From sequence record PZ445518.1: DNA of 51,269 bases, one strand, 5' to 3'. Of the stretch, positions 39,274-46,744 are shown in pieces. The DNA is from a phage. Numbering within the stretch: the stretch's first letter is position 1; each line of letters opens with the position of its first letter. The position numbers and the translations under genes are program-made. Under the pieces are notes generated by a model that worked only from the letters and a program-made list of their open reading frames with translations, did no database searches and was not told where the DNA came from.

Positions 39274-39314
39274 TTCCACCTCATTTAAAAGGCGGCAAAA
39301 CGCCGCCATATTAA

Positions 39315-39542
39315 TTAAAGAGCACGCCAGCTTTGAATATAGAAAGCGTTTTCTTCCAGTAATTCTTTTACCTGATCTTTATTGTATTTGCGCACCTTAC
39401 CGCCTGGATGGATACCAATAAGATAGCCGCCTTTGCCCTCGGTGATAGTGATTTGGCTAATTCCGCAAGACTTATCAAGTTTTACAGCCACGCGGTGATG
39501 AGCGTCAATAGTTGCCATAATGTTTAAAACTTTTACTTTCAT
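39315..39542 (-). CDS. hypothetical protein
   Basis: 75-aa ORF in leftward early operon. Confidence 0.45.
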   Translation of the reverse strand: MKVKVLNIMATIDAHHRVAVKLDKSCGISQITITEGKGGYLIGIHPGGKVRKYNKDQVKELLEENAFYIQSWRAL

Positions 39543-39650
39543 TTAAATATCCTCAATTGAAATATGAATGGCGTCGTGCTCTTTTTCCGTCGCCGCCGTA
39601 ATGGTCATTTGCAGCCGATACCATCCAGGCATTTTTGAAAATAAATAGCC

Positions 39651-39863
39651 TCATTTCTTATTTTTCATCTTAAATTTATGGCCCGGAACACCAGCGCCAA
39701 TATAGCCATCGCTGTATTCCATTAAATAAAGGTGAAGACCATTATCTGAAATTACATGAGGATCTTCTTTGAGATTTCCCATTAGTGGATATTCTTTTTC
39801 GCGCGTGAATTTCCAAATTGAGTTATAAGTTTCTACGCATTTAAGTTTTAATTGCTTTGCCAT
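39651..39863 (-). CDS. hypothetical protein
   Basis: 70-aa ORF, coupled to upstream gene. Confidence 0.45.
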   Translation of the reverse strand: MAKQLKLKCVETYNSIWKFTREKEYPLMGNLKEDPHVISDNGLHLYLMEYSDGYIGAGVPGHKFKMKNKK

Positions 39864-40060
39864 TAGATGATCTCCATGTATGTTTCAAAGCCATTTAACT
39901 TGAACAGGCCGTTTTCACATTTGCGAACGTTCCAAGTTAGCCCTGAGTGGTACGCCTCCATATCATCAAGGTCAATGGTGATTTCAGCACCTTTCTTAAA
40001 CAAACATTTTTCGTGAGACTTGTCGCGCTTAACAACTTTAACATCAACCTGATTTTCCAT
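39863..40060 (-). CDS. hypothetical protein
   Basis: 65-aa ORF with GAGGA RBS downstream of promoter cassette. Confidence 0.45.
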   Translation of the reverse strand: MENQVDVKVVKRDKSHEKCLFKKGAEITIDLDDMEAYHSGLTWNVRKCENGLFKLNGFETYMEII

Positions 40061-40091
40061 CTTTAAATCCTCGTTTGTTGTCGATGCGCTT

Positions 40092-40139
40092 ACTATACCA
40101 ATCAGCAGCGCATCGTTTTTAACAAAAAGTGCTATTTAG
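40092..40139 (-). promoter_or_regulatory. conserved-element promoter cassette (-10 TATAGT in hairpin loop)
   Basis: Minus strand: AAATAGCACTTTTTGTTAAAAA, then 8-bp stem GATGCGCT..AGCGCATC enclosing TATAGT. Confidence 0.5.
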
Positions 40140-40399
40140 TCCAGAAATTCGATTTCACGCTCTCCAGTTAACGGATCTACAAGCCAGAATCCGAGCGGTT
40201 CGCCGTGAGCACCGCCATAGAATCCAAGCGCCGTCAGATCTTCACCTTTAACGAATACAAGGTTTCCGCTAAGGCTTACGTGAGACACGTTAACGATAAC
40301 CGGAAATGTGCGATCCTTAAATGCAGGCCGCAGGGCGTAACATCCGTTATTGAGCAATCGTGCTTTGCGCTTAACTGGAATAGGTGCATTAATTTTCAT
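40136..40399 (-). CDS. hypothetical protein
   Basis: 87-aa ORF with AAGGAG RBS; stop adjacent to conserved element. Confidence 0.45.
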   Translation of the reverse strand: MKINAPIPVKRKARLLNNGCYALRPAFKDRTFPVIVNVSHVSLSGNLVFVKGEDLTALGFYGGAHGEPLGFWLVDPLTGEREIEFLD

Positions 40400-40625
40400 G
40401 GTTATTACTCCTTATCGTAAAGATTTAAAGACGTATAGTTTATTGCGGTAACTATATATCCGCATTGTTATTTCTCGCAACGCAATATATTCCTTCCTGT
40501 TTTCCGGAATCCTGGCGAGCAATAACAGGCAGTATTTATAAGCGCGGTCAAGATTCCTTTCCGTGCCCCTGCAATATCCCTTGTTGCGCCTGGAGCGGCA
40601 CAGCCATAACAATTTCTTGAACATT

Positions 40626-40859
40626 TCAGATACGCCCATACAGATCGCAAACTTCATTGATAAAACAGCGTTGAGACTCTTTATCCTGCTTCTCAAACAT
40701 CGCACGGCACTCATAGCGGTGATTATGCACGATGACAACAACCATATTTTCAGGTGCTGACGGGTGACGCGCTGACGCGTCGCAGATTGAAACATCCATA
40801 CCCATCTCATGTGCTTTCTTGATCACATCCAACATTTTTTCTTCTCCTGCAATAAGCAA
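40626..40859 (-). CDS. hypothetical protein
   Basis: 77-aa ORF with protein-like composition; competing overlapping ORFs make this region ambiguous. Confidence 0.3.
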   Translation of the reverse strand: MLIAGEEKMLDVIKKAHEMGMDVSICDASARHPSAPENMVVVIVHNHRYECRAMFEKQDKESQRCFINEVCDLYGRI

Positions 40860-41089
40860 ACATCATTGATAAAATCAGCACGGCCCTTAATGTTGCTGAT
40901 GTGGAACGTCTTTTCAGCGTACAGGCCATCACCTTCAATCACGATCATTACGCGAGTCGGTTTATTCACGGGCGCACACGAAAAGAGTGGTCGCGCCGGA
41001 AGAAATTTAGTAGCCACATCCAGGTTAGCCCTGGCGGCCCTGCAAAACGCCTCCGCCAGATCCAAATCATTTTCGGTAATCACCGCCAT
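40823..41089 (-). CDS. hypothetical protein
   Basis: 88-aa ORF, coupled to upstream gene. Confidence 0.4.
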   Translation of the reverse strand: MAVITENDLDLAEAFCRAARANLDVATKFLPARPLFSCAPVNKPTRVMIVIEGDGLYAEKTFHISNIKGRADFINDVCLLQEKKKCWM

Positions 41090-41361
41090 TACTTCTTGAT
41101 CTCCTTACTGATAAATTTCAGCACCTGGCGCAAGAAAACTTCGTTGTTGATAGTCGCTGGCAATTCTTCTTTCACTTCTTGCGGCAGATAGATATTGCCG
41201 TGCCAGGTCAAGCAATCGTAGTTGATACGATAAGAGCAAAGCCACTCGCAATCGTTATCTGCTTCCCAAATGCAGAGTTGCAGAACATCGCCAAAATCTT
41301 CAACAGTCAGATCCAGACCGTGACGCTTAGCGAAATTGAAAGTGGTTTTGCTGATGTTCAT
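41089..41361 (-). CDS. hypothetical protein (first leftward early gene)
   Basis: ATG at 41361 after AGGAG; directly downstream of promoter cassette in divergent control region. Confidence 0.5.
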   Translation of the reverse strand: MNISKTTFNFAKRHGLDLTVEDFGDVLQLCIWEADNDCEWLCSYRINYDCLTWHGNIYLPQEVKEELPATINNEVFLRQVLKFISKEIKK

Positions 41362-41396
41362 TTACTATCTCCTGAGCGGTTCGTTTCGATGTGTGT

Positions 41397-41444
41397 AATG
41401 TACCCGATCAGGCGGCCTGAGTTTTAACAAAAAGTGCTATTTGA
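41397..41444 (-). promoter_or_regulatory. conserved-element promoter cassette (-10 TACATT) for leftward early operon
   Basis: Minus strand: AAATAGCACTTTTTGTTAAAAC, 19 nt, TACATT, leader CATCGAAACGAAC. Confidence 0.5.
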
Positions 41445-41979
41445 CGGTTAGCACCAGGATTGTGATCGAAATAATCAAAAGTAATCATTCGTAATCAAAT
41501 CACGTCAAAATGATGATTGCATTTGCAAATTTGATGAGAAAAGTAATCACGTTTAATCATTGGTTGCAGGGGAGATAGTGAAACCTTCCCCTCTTGCCTC
41601 ACTTTCCCGCCTGGCTGTCAGTGGTTGTTATGTTCCGTTCCCGCCTGTTCTTTTGTTGACCTTCCGCAAAATACGATAACAAAAAATAACAAACAATACC
41701 TATATAATACATTGAAAAATAAGGATTATTTATTTATATGTATCTATATATTATCTTTTGTTATCTTGGTTATTGTGGTATTTGGTGGGGGTATATAGTT
41801 TTTGTGTATCTATATGTGTGTATGGGTATGTAGGGGCATATATATCTATATGGCACTTTCCGCGAGAAAACTTCGATAACAGCCAATGATAACATTGATT
41901 TATAAGGAAAAATAACGCCAATATTGTTATTGTGCCACCATATAAAATTGATAAAACACGCGGGAACAAGAAAAAACAG
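41445..41979. promoter_or_regulatory. AT-rich divergent control region B (candidate operator/origin region)
   Basis: About 535 bp without ORFs; GTAATCA x3, palindrome ATTTGCAAAT, TTCCCGCCTG x2, TATGT/GTATCTATAT word repeats, GGGAACAAGAAAAA box. Confidence 0.5.
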
Positions 41980-42008
41980 TTGACACATTAAATAGCATTA
42001 TTGATAAT
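41980..42008 (+). promoter_or_regulatory. sigma70-type promoter for rightward early operon
   Basis: TTGACA, 17-nt spacer, GATAAT; about 30 nt upstream of ATG 42038. Confidence 0.6.
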
Positions 42009-42037
42009 GCCGACACCTAACAACCAGGAGGTAGAAA

Positions 42038-42502
42038 ATGAGCGAGCAATCATTAACTGACACGCTGCGCCGTGCAGCTATTATGCTGGCTAATGGCGAG
42101 GAAGAGGCGATCAAGATTCCTGACGCGTATTTGCAGGTCCACATGTTCGGCAAGAAGTCGGCAAGCAATCCGGCGGCCTACATTCGCCAGATCATGAGTC
42201 GAGTTCCAGAAGTCGCCGAGCGGGGGCGCGTATCCGTTACCCGTGGAGTTTACGGGCCGGAAGATGAAAACTTCGGTAGCACTTTCTACGAGGTGCGCAT
42301 TGTTGAAGGACGTCGCAAGGTTTACAACAAAGAGGCACTGGAAAGGGCAGTACGCCAGGCTAAGCGCAAGGTTGCAGAGGCGATCATTGATATGTCACCA
42401 AACCTAGCAAACTATGCGCCGGAAGAGTATGAAACATTATCAAAGGCCGTCGCTGACTTTCACGCGATGATCAAAAAAACTTTCCTGGAGGATGAGCAAT
42501 GA
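42038..42502 (+). CDS. hypothetical protein (first rightward early gene)
   Basis: AGGAGG RBS; downstream of TTGACA-N17-GATAAT promoter. Confidence 0.5.
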   Translation: MSEQSLTDTLRRAAIMLANGEEEAIKIPDAYLQVHMFGKKSASNPAAYIRQIMSRVPEVAERGRVSVTRGVYGPEDENFGSTFYEVRIVEGRRKVYNKEALERAVRQAKRKVAEAIIDMSPNLANYAPEEYETLSKAVADFHAMIKKTFLEDEQ

Positions 42503-42771
42503 AAAAGGCGTTAATCGGTGTTTTGGTGGCAATGGCATTCCTGACCGGATGTAAAGAAGATGGCGCGCATGTTGGCAATGTGCAGATGGCTAACCCTGGC
42601 GATGACTACAACGTAAGGGAGCTATTCACCGCTGACGGATGCACTGTTTACCGATTCTATGACGATCGCACTGTTTACTTCACCAACTGCAAGGGAACTA
42701 CTAGCTGGGAAGTGTCGAAAAGCAATGGCAAAGGCACGAAGACAGAACATATGACCGTCGAGACAAAATAG
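42499..42771 (+). CDS. lipoprotein (second putative exclusion-type lipoprotein)
   Basis: Signal peptide with lipobox LTGC (MKKALIGVLVAMAFLTGC); stop TAG inside conserved element. Confidence 0.6.
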   Translation: MKKALIGVLVAMAFLTGCKEDGAHVGNVQMANPGDDYNVRELFTADGCTVYRFYDDRTVYFTNCKGTTSWEVSKSNGKGTKTEHMTVETK

Positions 42772-42811
42772 CACTTTTTGTTAAAACTCAAAAACGATAA
42801 CCAGGCATAAT
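42766..42811 (+). promoter_or_regulatory. conserved-element promoter cassette (-10 CATAAT) driving structured leader
   Basis: AAATAGCACTTTTTGTTAAAAC (contains stop TAG of lipoprotein gene), 19 nt, CATAAT. Confidence 0.55.
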
Positions 42812-43013
42812 ACACACATAGACGGGCGGCAAGGATTGCTGCGGGAGAGGAGCGACGCAGGGGCTTGATCGAAGTGTCAGGATTCCCAACCGTGAGGCCA
42901 GAACTATCACACTCGCCACCAGGCAGAACGCTAGATAGGTCACTGAACTGAGGCTACCGACGAAGTGAAGCCCGTCACCAAAGATTAAACGGTTATTTAT
43001 GTGAAAGGGGTTA
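42812..43013 (+). ncRNA. GC-rich structured leader / candidate small RNA
   Basis: About 200 nt without convincing ORF; downstream of promoter cassette; 7-bp closing stem GACGGGC (42821-42827) with GCCCGTC (42970-42976). Confidence 0.3.
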
Positions 43014-43196
43014 ATGATGGATAAGATCATCAAAATGAGCGAAGTCAAGCCGGGAATGATGGTTAAATTTGCTGGCAAATATCGCCTAGTGCTGGATAAC
43101 TGCCGCAAAGAGAACATTCTTACAATTCGTGTAAATGGCAAGGCGCAGCTATTCGCCCCTAACGCAGATATTGACGTTGAAGTTAGAATTAAGTAA
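43014..43196 (+). CDS. hypothetical protein
   Basis: 60-aa ORF after long structured leader; RBS AAAGGGG. Confidence 0.45.
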   Translation: MMDKIIKMSEVKPGMMVKFAGKYRLVLDNCRKENILTIRVNGKAQLFAPNADIDVEVRIK

Positions 43197-43211
43197 TTAG
43201 GAGAAATCACC

Positions 43212-44336
43212 ATGTTAAAACTTGCTGACATTAAATTCCCGATCACCTTCGAATCTCGCGGCATTGGTCATTACATTTTTACTGATGAAAAAACATGCCA
43301 TAAGGTTAATATGAATAGCGACAAACTAAGCCCATCAACAATGGAGATTGAACACTTTATTGATGCGCACAATACGCAGTACAACGCACTTAAAGACTAT
43401 GGCTATGCAATGCCAGGCTACACATGTTTGCACTACAAGCCATATAAAGGCCAGGTGTTGCCAGTAAAAGAGAACAAGCAATTCCTGCTGGATAGCGAGG
43501 AGATTGTATACCCGATCACCTTTGAAACGGCAGGAAATAGCGTTGTGACTTTCACATCTCGCGACAACGGCACATATGGAAACGGCTTGAGAACAAGTTA
43601 TAATGTTGATTACTTCGTCGCCTGTCATAACATGGCTAATCCTAACAACGATAAGAACAAGGTGTACTACGTGCGCGATATTGAAAGGCAGTGGCCTAAG
43701 AAAGACTCCCAGGCAGAGATTCCGATGGTTCATATGAAAACCTGCGACTACAAAAAGCTGTGGTGCTTAAGTCTGGACAATATCAAGTATCCGATCACGT
43801 TCCGCACGACTGGTAAGTCAACGATTCGCTACACATCGCGCGAAAATGGCGTTTATAGCGATGGTACGAAATCAGGGTTGAAAGTTGATTTCTTTGTCAA
43901 CGGTCACAATAGATACAATCCGCACAACGAAGAGGATAAAGTGTACTACGTGGAAGACATTACAAAACACTTATTTGGAGAAACTCCATTCGGCGGCGGT
44001 AAGACGTCAATTCAAAAAATCATTGGCGATGAGATCCACAAAGCGGCTGCCGAAATGAAAGCTCCTGGAGGCTGGCGTATTGACAAGAGCGCATTTGCAA
44101 ATCAAGAAATCGTAACGCAGGGCGCAATTGAAGATATGCCAGTTGCAGCCACTCTAAAAGGAGTCCGGCTTGATGACGGCACCTGGTATGAAGTAACGGC
44201 TACACCAAAGACGATCGAGATTCATGATGACGTTGTTATCCTTCTGCTTCACTACGGCGGCTATAAAAACCGGACGATTGCAGGTGAGATCAGCATTAAG
44301 CGCGGAACGATGATTAAGTGGAAGGTGAAGATTTGA
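43212..44336 (+). CDS. protein with three tandem ~95-aa repeats (unknown function)
   Basis: Repeat units begin IKFPITFESRG / IVYPITFETAG / IKYPITFRTTG and each ends with a ..DKVYYV(R/E)DI-type block. Confidence 0.6.
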   Translation: MLKLADIKFPITFESRGIGHYIFTDEKTCHKVNMNSDKLSPSTMEIEHFIDAHNTQYNALKDYGYAMPGYTCLHYKPYKGQVLPVKENKQFLLDSEEIVYPITFETAGNSVVTFTSRDNGTYGNGLRTSYNVDYFVACHNMANPNNDKNKVYYVRDIERQWPKKDSQAEIPMVHMKTCDYKKLWCLSLDNIKYPITFRTTGKSTIRYTSRENGVYSDGTKSGLKVDFFVNGHNRYNPHNEEDKVYYVEDITKHLFGETPFGGGKTSIQKIIGDEIHKAAAEMKAPGGWRIDKSAFANQEIVTQGAIEDMPVAATLKGVRLDDGTWYEVTATPKTIEIHDDVVILLLHYGGYKNRTIAGEISIKRGTMIKWKVKI

Positions 44337-44412
44337 GTTTGCTCACTGCGGCGCACGTCGCCGCATGGATCGGATTGTTTTCCTACCTGTTTAGCTTTTA
44401 TTGAGGTGAGAG

Positions 44413-44565
44413 ATGGCTACCTGGATTTTGCTGATTCTTATGATTGATGGCGGCGTTGACCATATCGAAATGAATAGCCAGCAATCTTGCATTGAGGCAC
44501 GAGAGCAGATCAAGAACAACAACAGTTTTTATGCGTACACTCACACGCTATGTATTAAGAAATAG
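44413..44565 (+). CDS. small hydrophobic Cys-containing protein (50 aa)
   Basis: RBS GAGGTGAGAG; stop TAG inside conserved element; paralog of 45854..46015; below ORF-track cutoff. Confidence 0.35.
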   Translation: MATWILLILMIDGGVDHIEMNSQQSCIEAREQIKNNNSFYAYTHTLCIKK

Positions 44566-44604
44566 CACTTTTTGTTAAAACTCAAATGTGGGGCCAGGTA
44601 TAAT
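44560..44604 (+). promoter_or_regulatory. conserved-element promoter cassette (-10 TATAAT)
   Basis: AAATAGCACTTTTTGTTAAAAC, 18 nt, TATAAT flanked by GGCC..GGCC. Confidence 0.6.
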
Positions 44605-44634
44605 GGCCTCACTTTCAACGAAGGAGATAAAACG

Positions 44635-44856
44635 ATGTACATTAAAAATAAGATGAAATGCGTTTCCGTTAACTATGCTTGCTCTGGCATGTTCAAGCCT
44701 GGCGAAATCTATACGGCGCAAAAACTGAAAACATCAACCGGATCTTTTTACGTGAGCAATAGTAAGGGGTATCGCATGTTCCTGAACGGCGGCGAAGGCA
44801 CTAAGGTTATGGCACACGCTATGGTAATGGCTGAATTTGAGGAAGTGAAACAATGA
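44635..44856 (+). CDS. hypothetical protein (tandem paralog of next gene)
   Basis: ATG after AAGGAGA; shares PGE-IY / YxxFLNGxxGT / AEFEEV blocks with 44853..45098. Confidence 0.5.
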   Translation: MYIKNKMKCVSVNYACSGMFKPGEIYTAQKLKTSTGSFYVSNSKGYRMFLNGGEGTKVMAHAMVMAEFEEVKQ

Positions 44857-45098
44857 TCATTGAAAACAATTTTCTTTGCGTTAAGAGCAATAGACCATTC
44901 TTCACACCTGGCAAGGTGTACCAGGGCAAGAAGGACACAAGAGATGGTCACTCTTATCATGTTCACTGCAACAACGGATACAAGTTTTACCTTAACGGCG
45001 AGAATGGAACTGAGATTGTTGCGTTTGAAAACGTAGTTGCCGAGTTCGAGCAGATTACAGACGCGGAATTTGAGGAAGTGAAAGATGAAAACAAATAA
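44853..45098 (+). CDS. hypothetical protein (tandem paralog)
   Basis: ATG overlaps upstream stop (ATGA); paralogous blocks as above. Confidence 0.5.
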   Translation: MIIENNFLCVKSNRPFFTPGKVYQGKKDTRDGHSYHVHCNNGYKFYLNGENGTEIVAFENVVAEFEQITDAEFEEVKDENK

Positions 45099-45306
45099 GC
45101 GCGTCAAGCACAGGTTTACTGATAACCACGGCGACGCGATTGATGTATACAAGTTCGGCGATCGCGTGTTTATTGATGGCACGTTTGAAGGTGGTCGTAG
45201 GCCGGATTTTAGGTCGATACTTACCGTTGACCAAGTGCGCAAGCTGGCAGATAAGTTAAATGATCTGGCAGATGAAATAGAATACAAGCAAATCCATTTT
45301 AATTGA
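45085..45306 (+). CDS. hypothetical protein
   Basis: 73-aa ORF overlapping upstream gene by 14 nt. Confidence 0.45.
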   Translation: MKTNKRVKHRFTDNHGDAIDVYKFGDRVFIDGTFEGGRRPDFRSILTVDQVRKLADKLNDLADEIEYKQIHFN

Positions 45307-45317
45307 TAGGTTTTATA

Positions 45318-45857
45318 ATGAAAAAATACACTTTCGAACTATGGGGCAAGAAGTACGAATTAATCACCAGCAAGCCGATTGTTATCGTTGACCTGGACGG
45401 CACACTATCGGACGGATCGCATCGTTTGCATTTGCTGCCAACTGAAAGCTTGCACCTTACGGAATCGTGGCGCGAGTTTAACAGGGCCGCAGCAGGAGAT
45501 TCACCGATTAAAAGCACGATCGCGATTGTTAACGGTTTGTGGGTGTCGGGATTTGCCATCGTCATCTTGACCGGACGCAGCGACGAGGTGCGCTATGAAA
45601 CCTGCAAATGGTTGAATGAGAGCGGCGTGAAGTTTGACGAAATCATCATGCGCCGCCAGGAGGACAACCGAAAGGATACGGTTATTAAAGAAGAAGCCTT
45701 GCGCGCTATTGGCCTGGACAATATTGTTTGCGCCTTTGACGATTCGCCGAACGTTGTTAAGCACTTCCGCAGCCTGGGAATCACAACCTATCAGGTCACG
45801 GAATACGACAAGCCACACGCTCACCTGCAATCTCACGGCGTGGAGTGTTTAAAATGA
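45318..45857 (+). CDS. HAD-superfamily phosphatase / nucleotidase
   Basis: HAD motif I DLDGT (IVIVDLDGTLSD), motif II ILTGRS, downstream K and DD residues. Confidence 0.65.
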   Translation: MKKYTFELWGKKYELITSKPIVIVDLDGTLSDGSHRLHLLPTESLHLTESWREFNRAAAGDSPIKSTIAIVNGLWVSGFAIVILTGRSDEVRYETCKWLNESGVKFDEIIMRRQEDNRKDTVIKEEALRAIGLDNIVCAFDDSPNVVKHFRSLGITTYQVTEYDKPHAHLQSHGVECLK

Positions 45858-46015
45858 CTTGGTTGCTTTTAATCTTTGTCACAAGTTACAACTCCGCAGC
45901 TATTGAGTCGCAGGAGTTCCACGGCGAATCAAGATGCCAGGAAGCGCGAAAGCAAGTTATTCTCCACATGTCAGATAGTGGGAAGGATGTAACAGCGTTA
46001 TGCGTTCGTAAATAG
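45854..46015 (+). CDS. small hydrophobic Cys-containing protein (53 aa)
   Basis: ATG overlaps upstream stop (ATGA); stop TAG inside conserved element; paralog of 44413..44565. Confidence 0.35.
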   Translation: MTWLLLIFVTSYNSAAIESQEFHGESRCQEARKQVILHMSDSGKDVTALCVRK

Positions 46016-46056
46016 CACTTTTTGCAAAAAACAGATCATCGGGCTTGCTGTATAGT
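46010..46056 (+). promoter_or_regulatory. conserved-element promoter cassette (-10 TATAGT in hairpin loop)
   Basis: AAATAGCACTTTTTGCAAAAAAC, stem GGGCTT..AAGCCC enclosing TATAGT, leader CATCAACAACAAACGAGGA. Confidence 0.5.
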
Positions 46057-46087
46057 AAGCCCATCAACAACAAACGAGGATTAAATC

Positions 46088-46351
46088 ATGGCTAACAAGA
46101 TCGAGTTTTTTAAAGCTGTAGACATTATCGACGGCGCGCCTAGCTTCTTTGCTATCCATTCTATTGACGGCAAGGATATTGGGTACAACGTTATCCGTCG
46201 AGATGGAATCTCAAAAATTAGTGACCTGGTAGGCCATATTGTGTCAAACGGGAAATGCGCATGGCCCGATTCGCCACGAGAGCCACGCCGCCGCGACATG
46301 GTAGAGCCTGTTCTGCTTTACACTCTGGTAGTAGAGGGAGAAAATAAATGA
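46088..46351 (+). CDS. hypothetical protein
   Basis: ATG after GAGGA, downstream of promoter cassette. Confidence 0.5.
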   Translation: MANKIEFFKAVDIIDGAPSFFAIHSIDGKDIGYNVIRRDGISKISDLVGHIVSNGKCAWPDSPREPRRRDMVEPVLLYTLVVEGENK

Positions 46352-46533
46352 TTTGGTTACTTGCTTTTTTGGTTGCTTTTCTCTACATTTCAGGCTTATT
46401 TACGTTCCGCGCTTTTGTGAAATATTCTGGCACGACAGACAAGGACGATAAAATCGTTCTCGCTTTCTGGTTTGTTTGGGTGTGGTTAGCAATTTACGAG
46501 ATCATTAGAGACAAACAGAAATTTGAGTGGTGA
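46348..46533 (+). CDS. small membrane protein (two predicted TM helices)
   Basis: Two hydrophobic stretches; start overlaps upstream stop. Confidence 0.45.
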   Translation: MIWLLAFLVAFLYISGLFTFRAFVKYSGTTDKDDKIVLAFWFVWVWLAIYEIIRDKQKFEW

Positions 46534-46592
46534 TTCTTGCTATGGCGCATTCATGCAGTGCGCCATGTTGAGAAAACCTAAAGGGGGAGACG

Positions 46593-46742
46593 ATGCGTAA
46601 CTTTGAAAAAATCATTACCAAAAAGAAGCGTCGCGGGTACGATGAGCATGTGGAGCTTGTGAAAAAGCAACGCAAGAAGCGCAACGAAGACAAGAAGCGC
46701 GGGAAAAAAATTAATGCGATTTTTCGCTATGGAGATCATTAA
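46593..46742 (+). CDS. small highly basic protein (49 aa)
   Basis: ATG after AAAGGGGGAGA; Lys/Arg-rich; stop 2 nt before kinase ATG; below ORF-track cutoff. Confidence 0.3.
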   Translation: MRNFEKIITKKKRRGYDEHVELVKKQRKKRNEDKKRGKKINAIFRYGDH

Positions 46743-46744
46743 TC

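Noticed and set aside
40412-40810. 132-aa minus-strand ORF rich in Arg/Cys/Trp
   Set aside because: Composition looks like an out-of-frame translation and it overlaps the more protein-like 40626..40859 ORF; left uncalled, so 40400-40625 remains unresolved.
42821-42976. Possible tRNA or other classical RNA gene in the GC-rich leader
   Set aside because: The element is about 156 nt with no recognisable cloverleaf or T-loop consensus, so it is reported only as a structured leader or candidate small RNA.
42788-43264. Minus-strand ORF of 158 aa covering the structured leader and the start of the + strand genes
   Set aside because: Opposite to the local operon, overlaps two + strand genes with good RBSs, and has no RBS or promoter of its own; the region is better explained as a + strand leader RNA.
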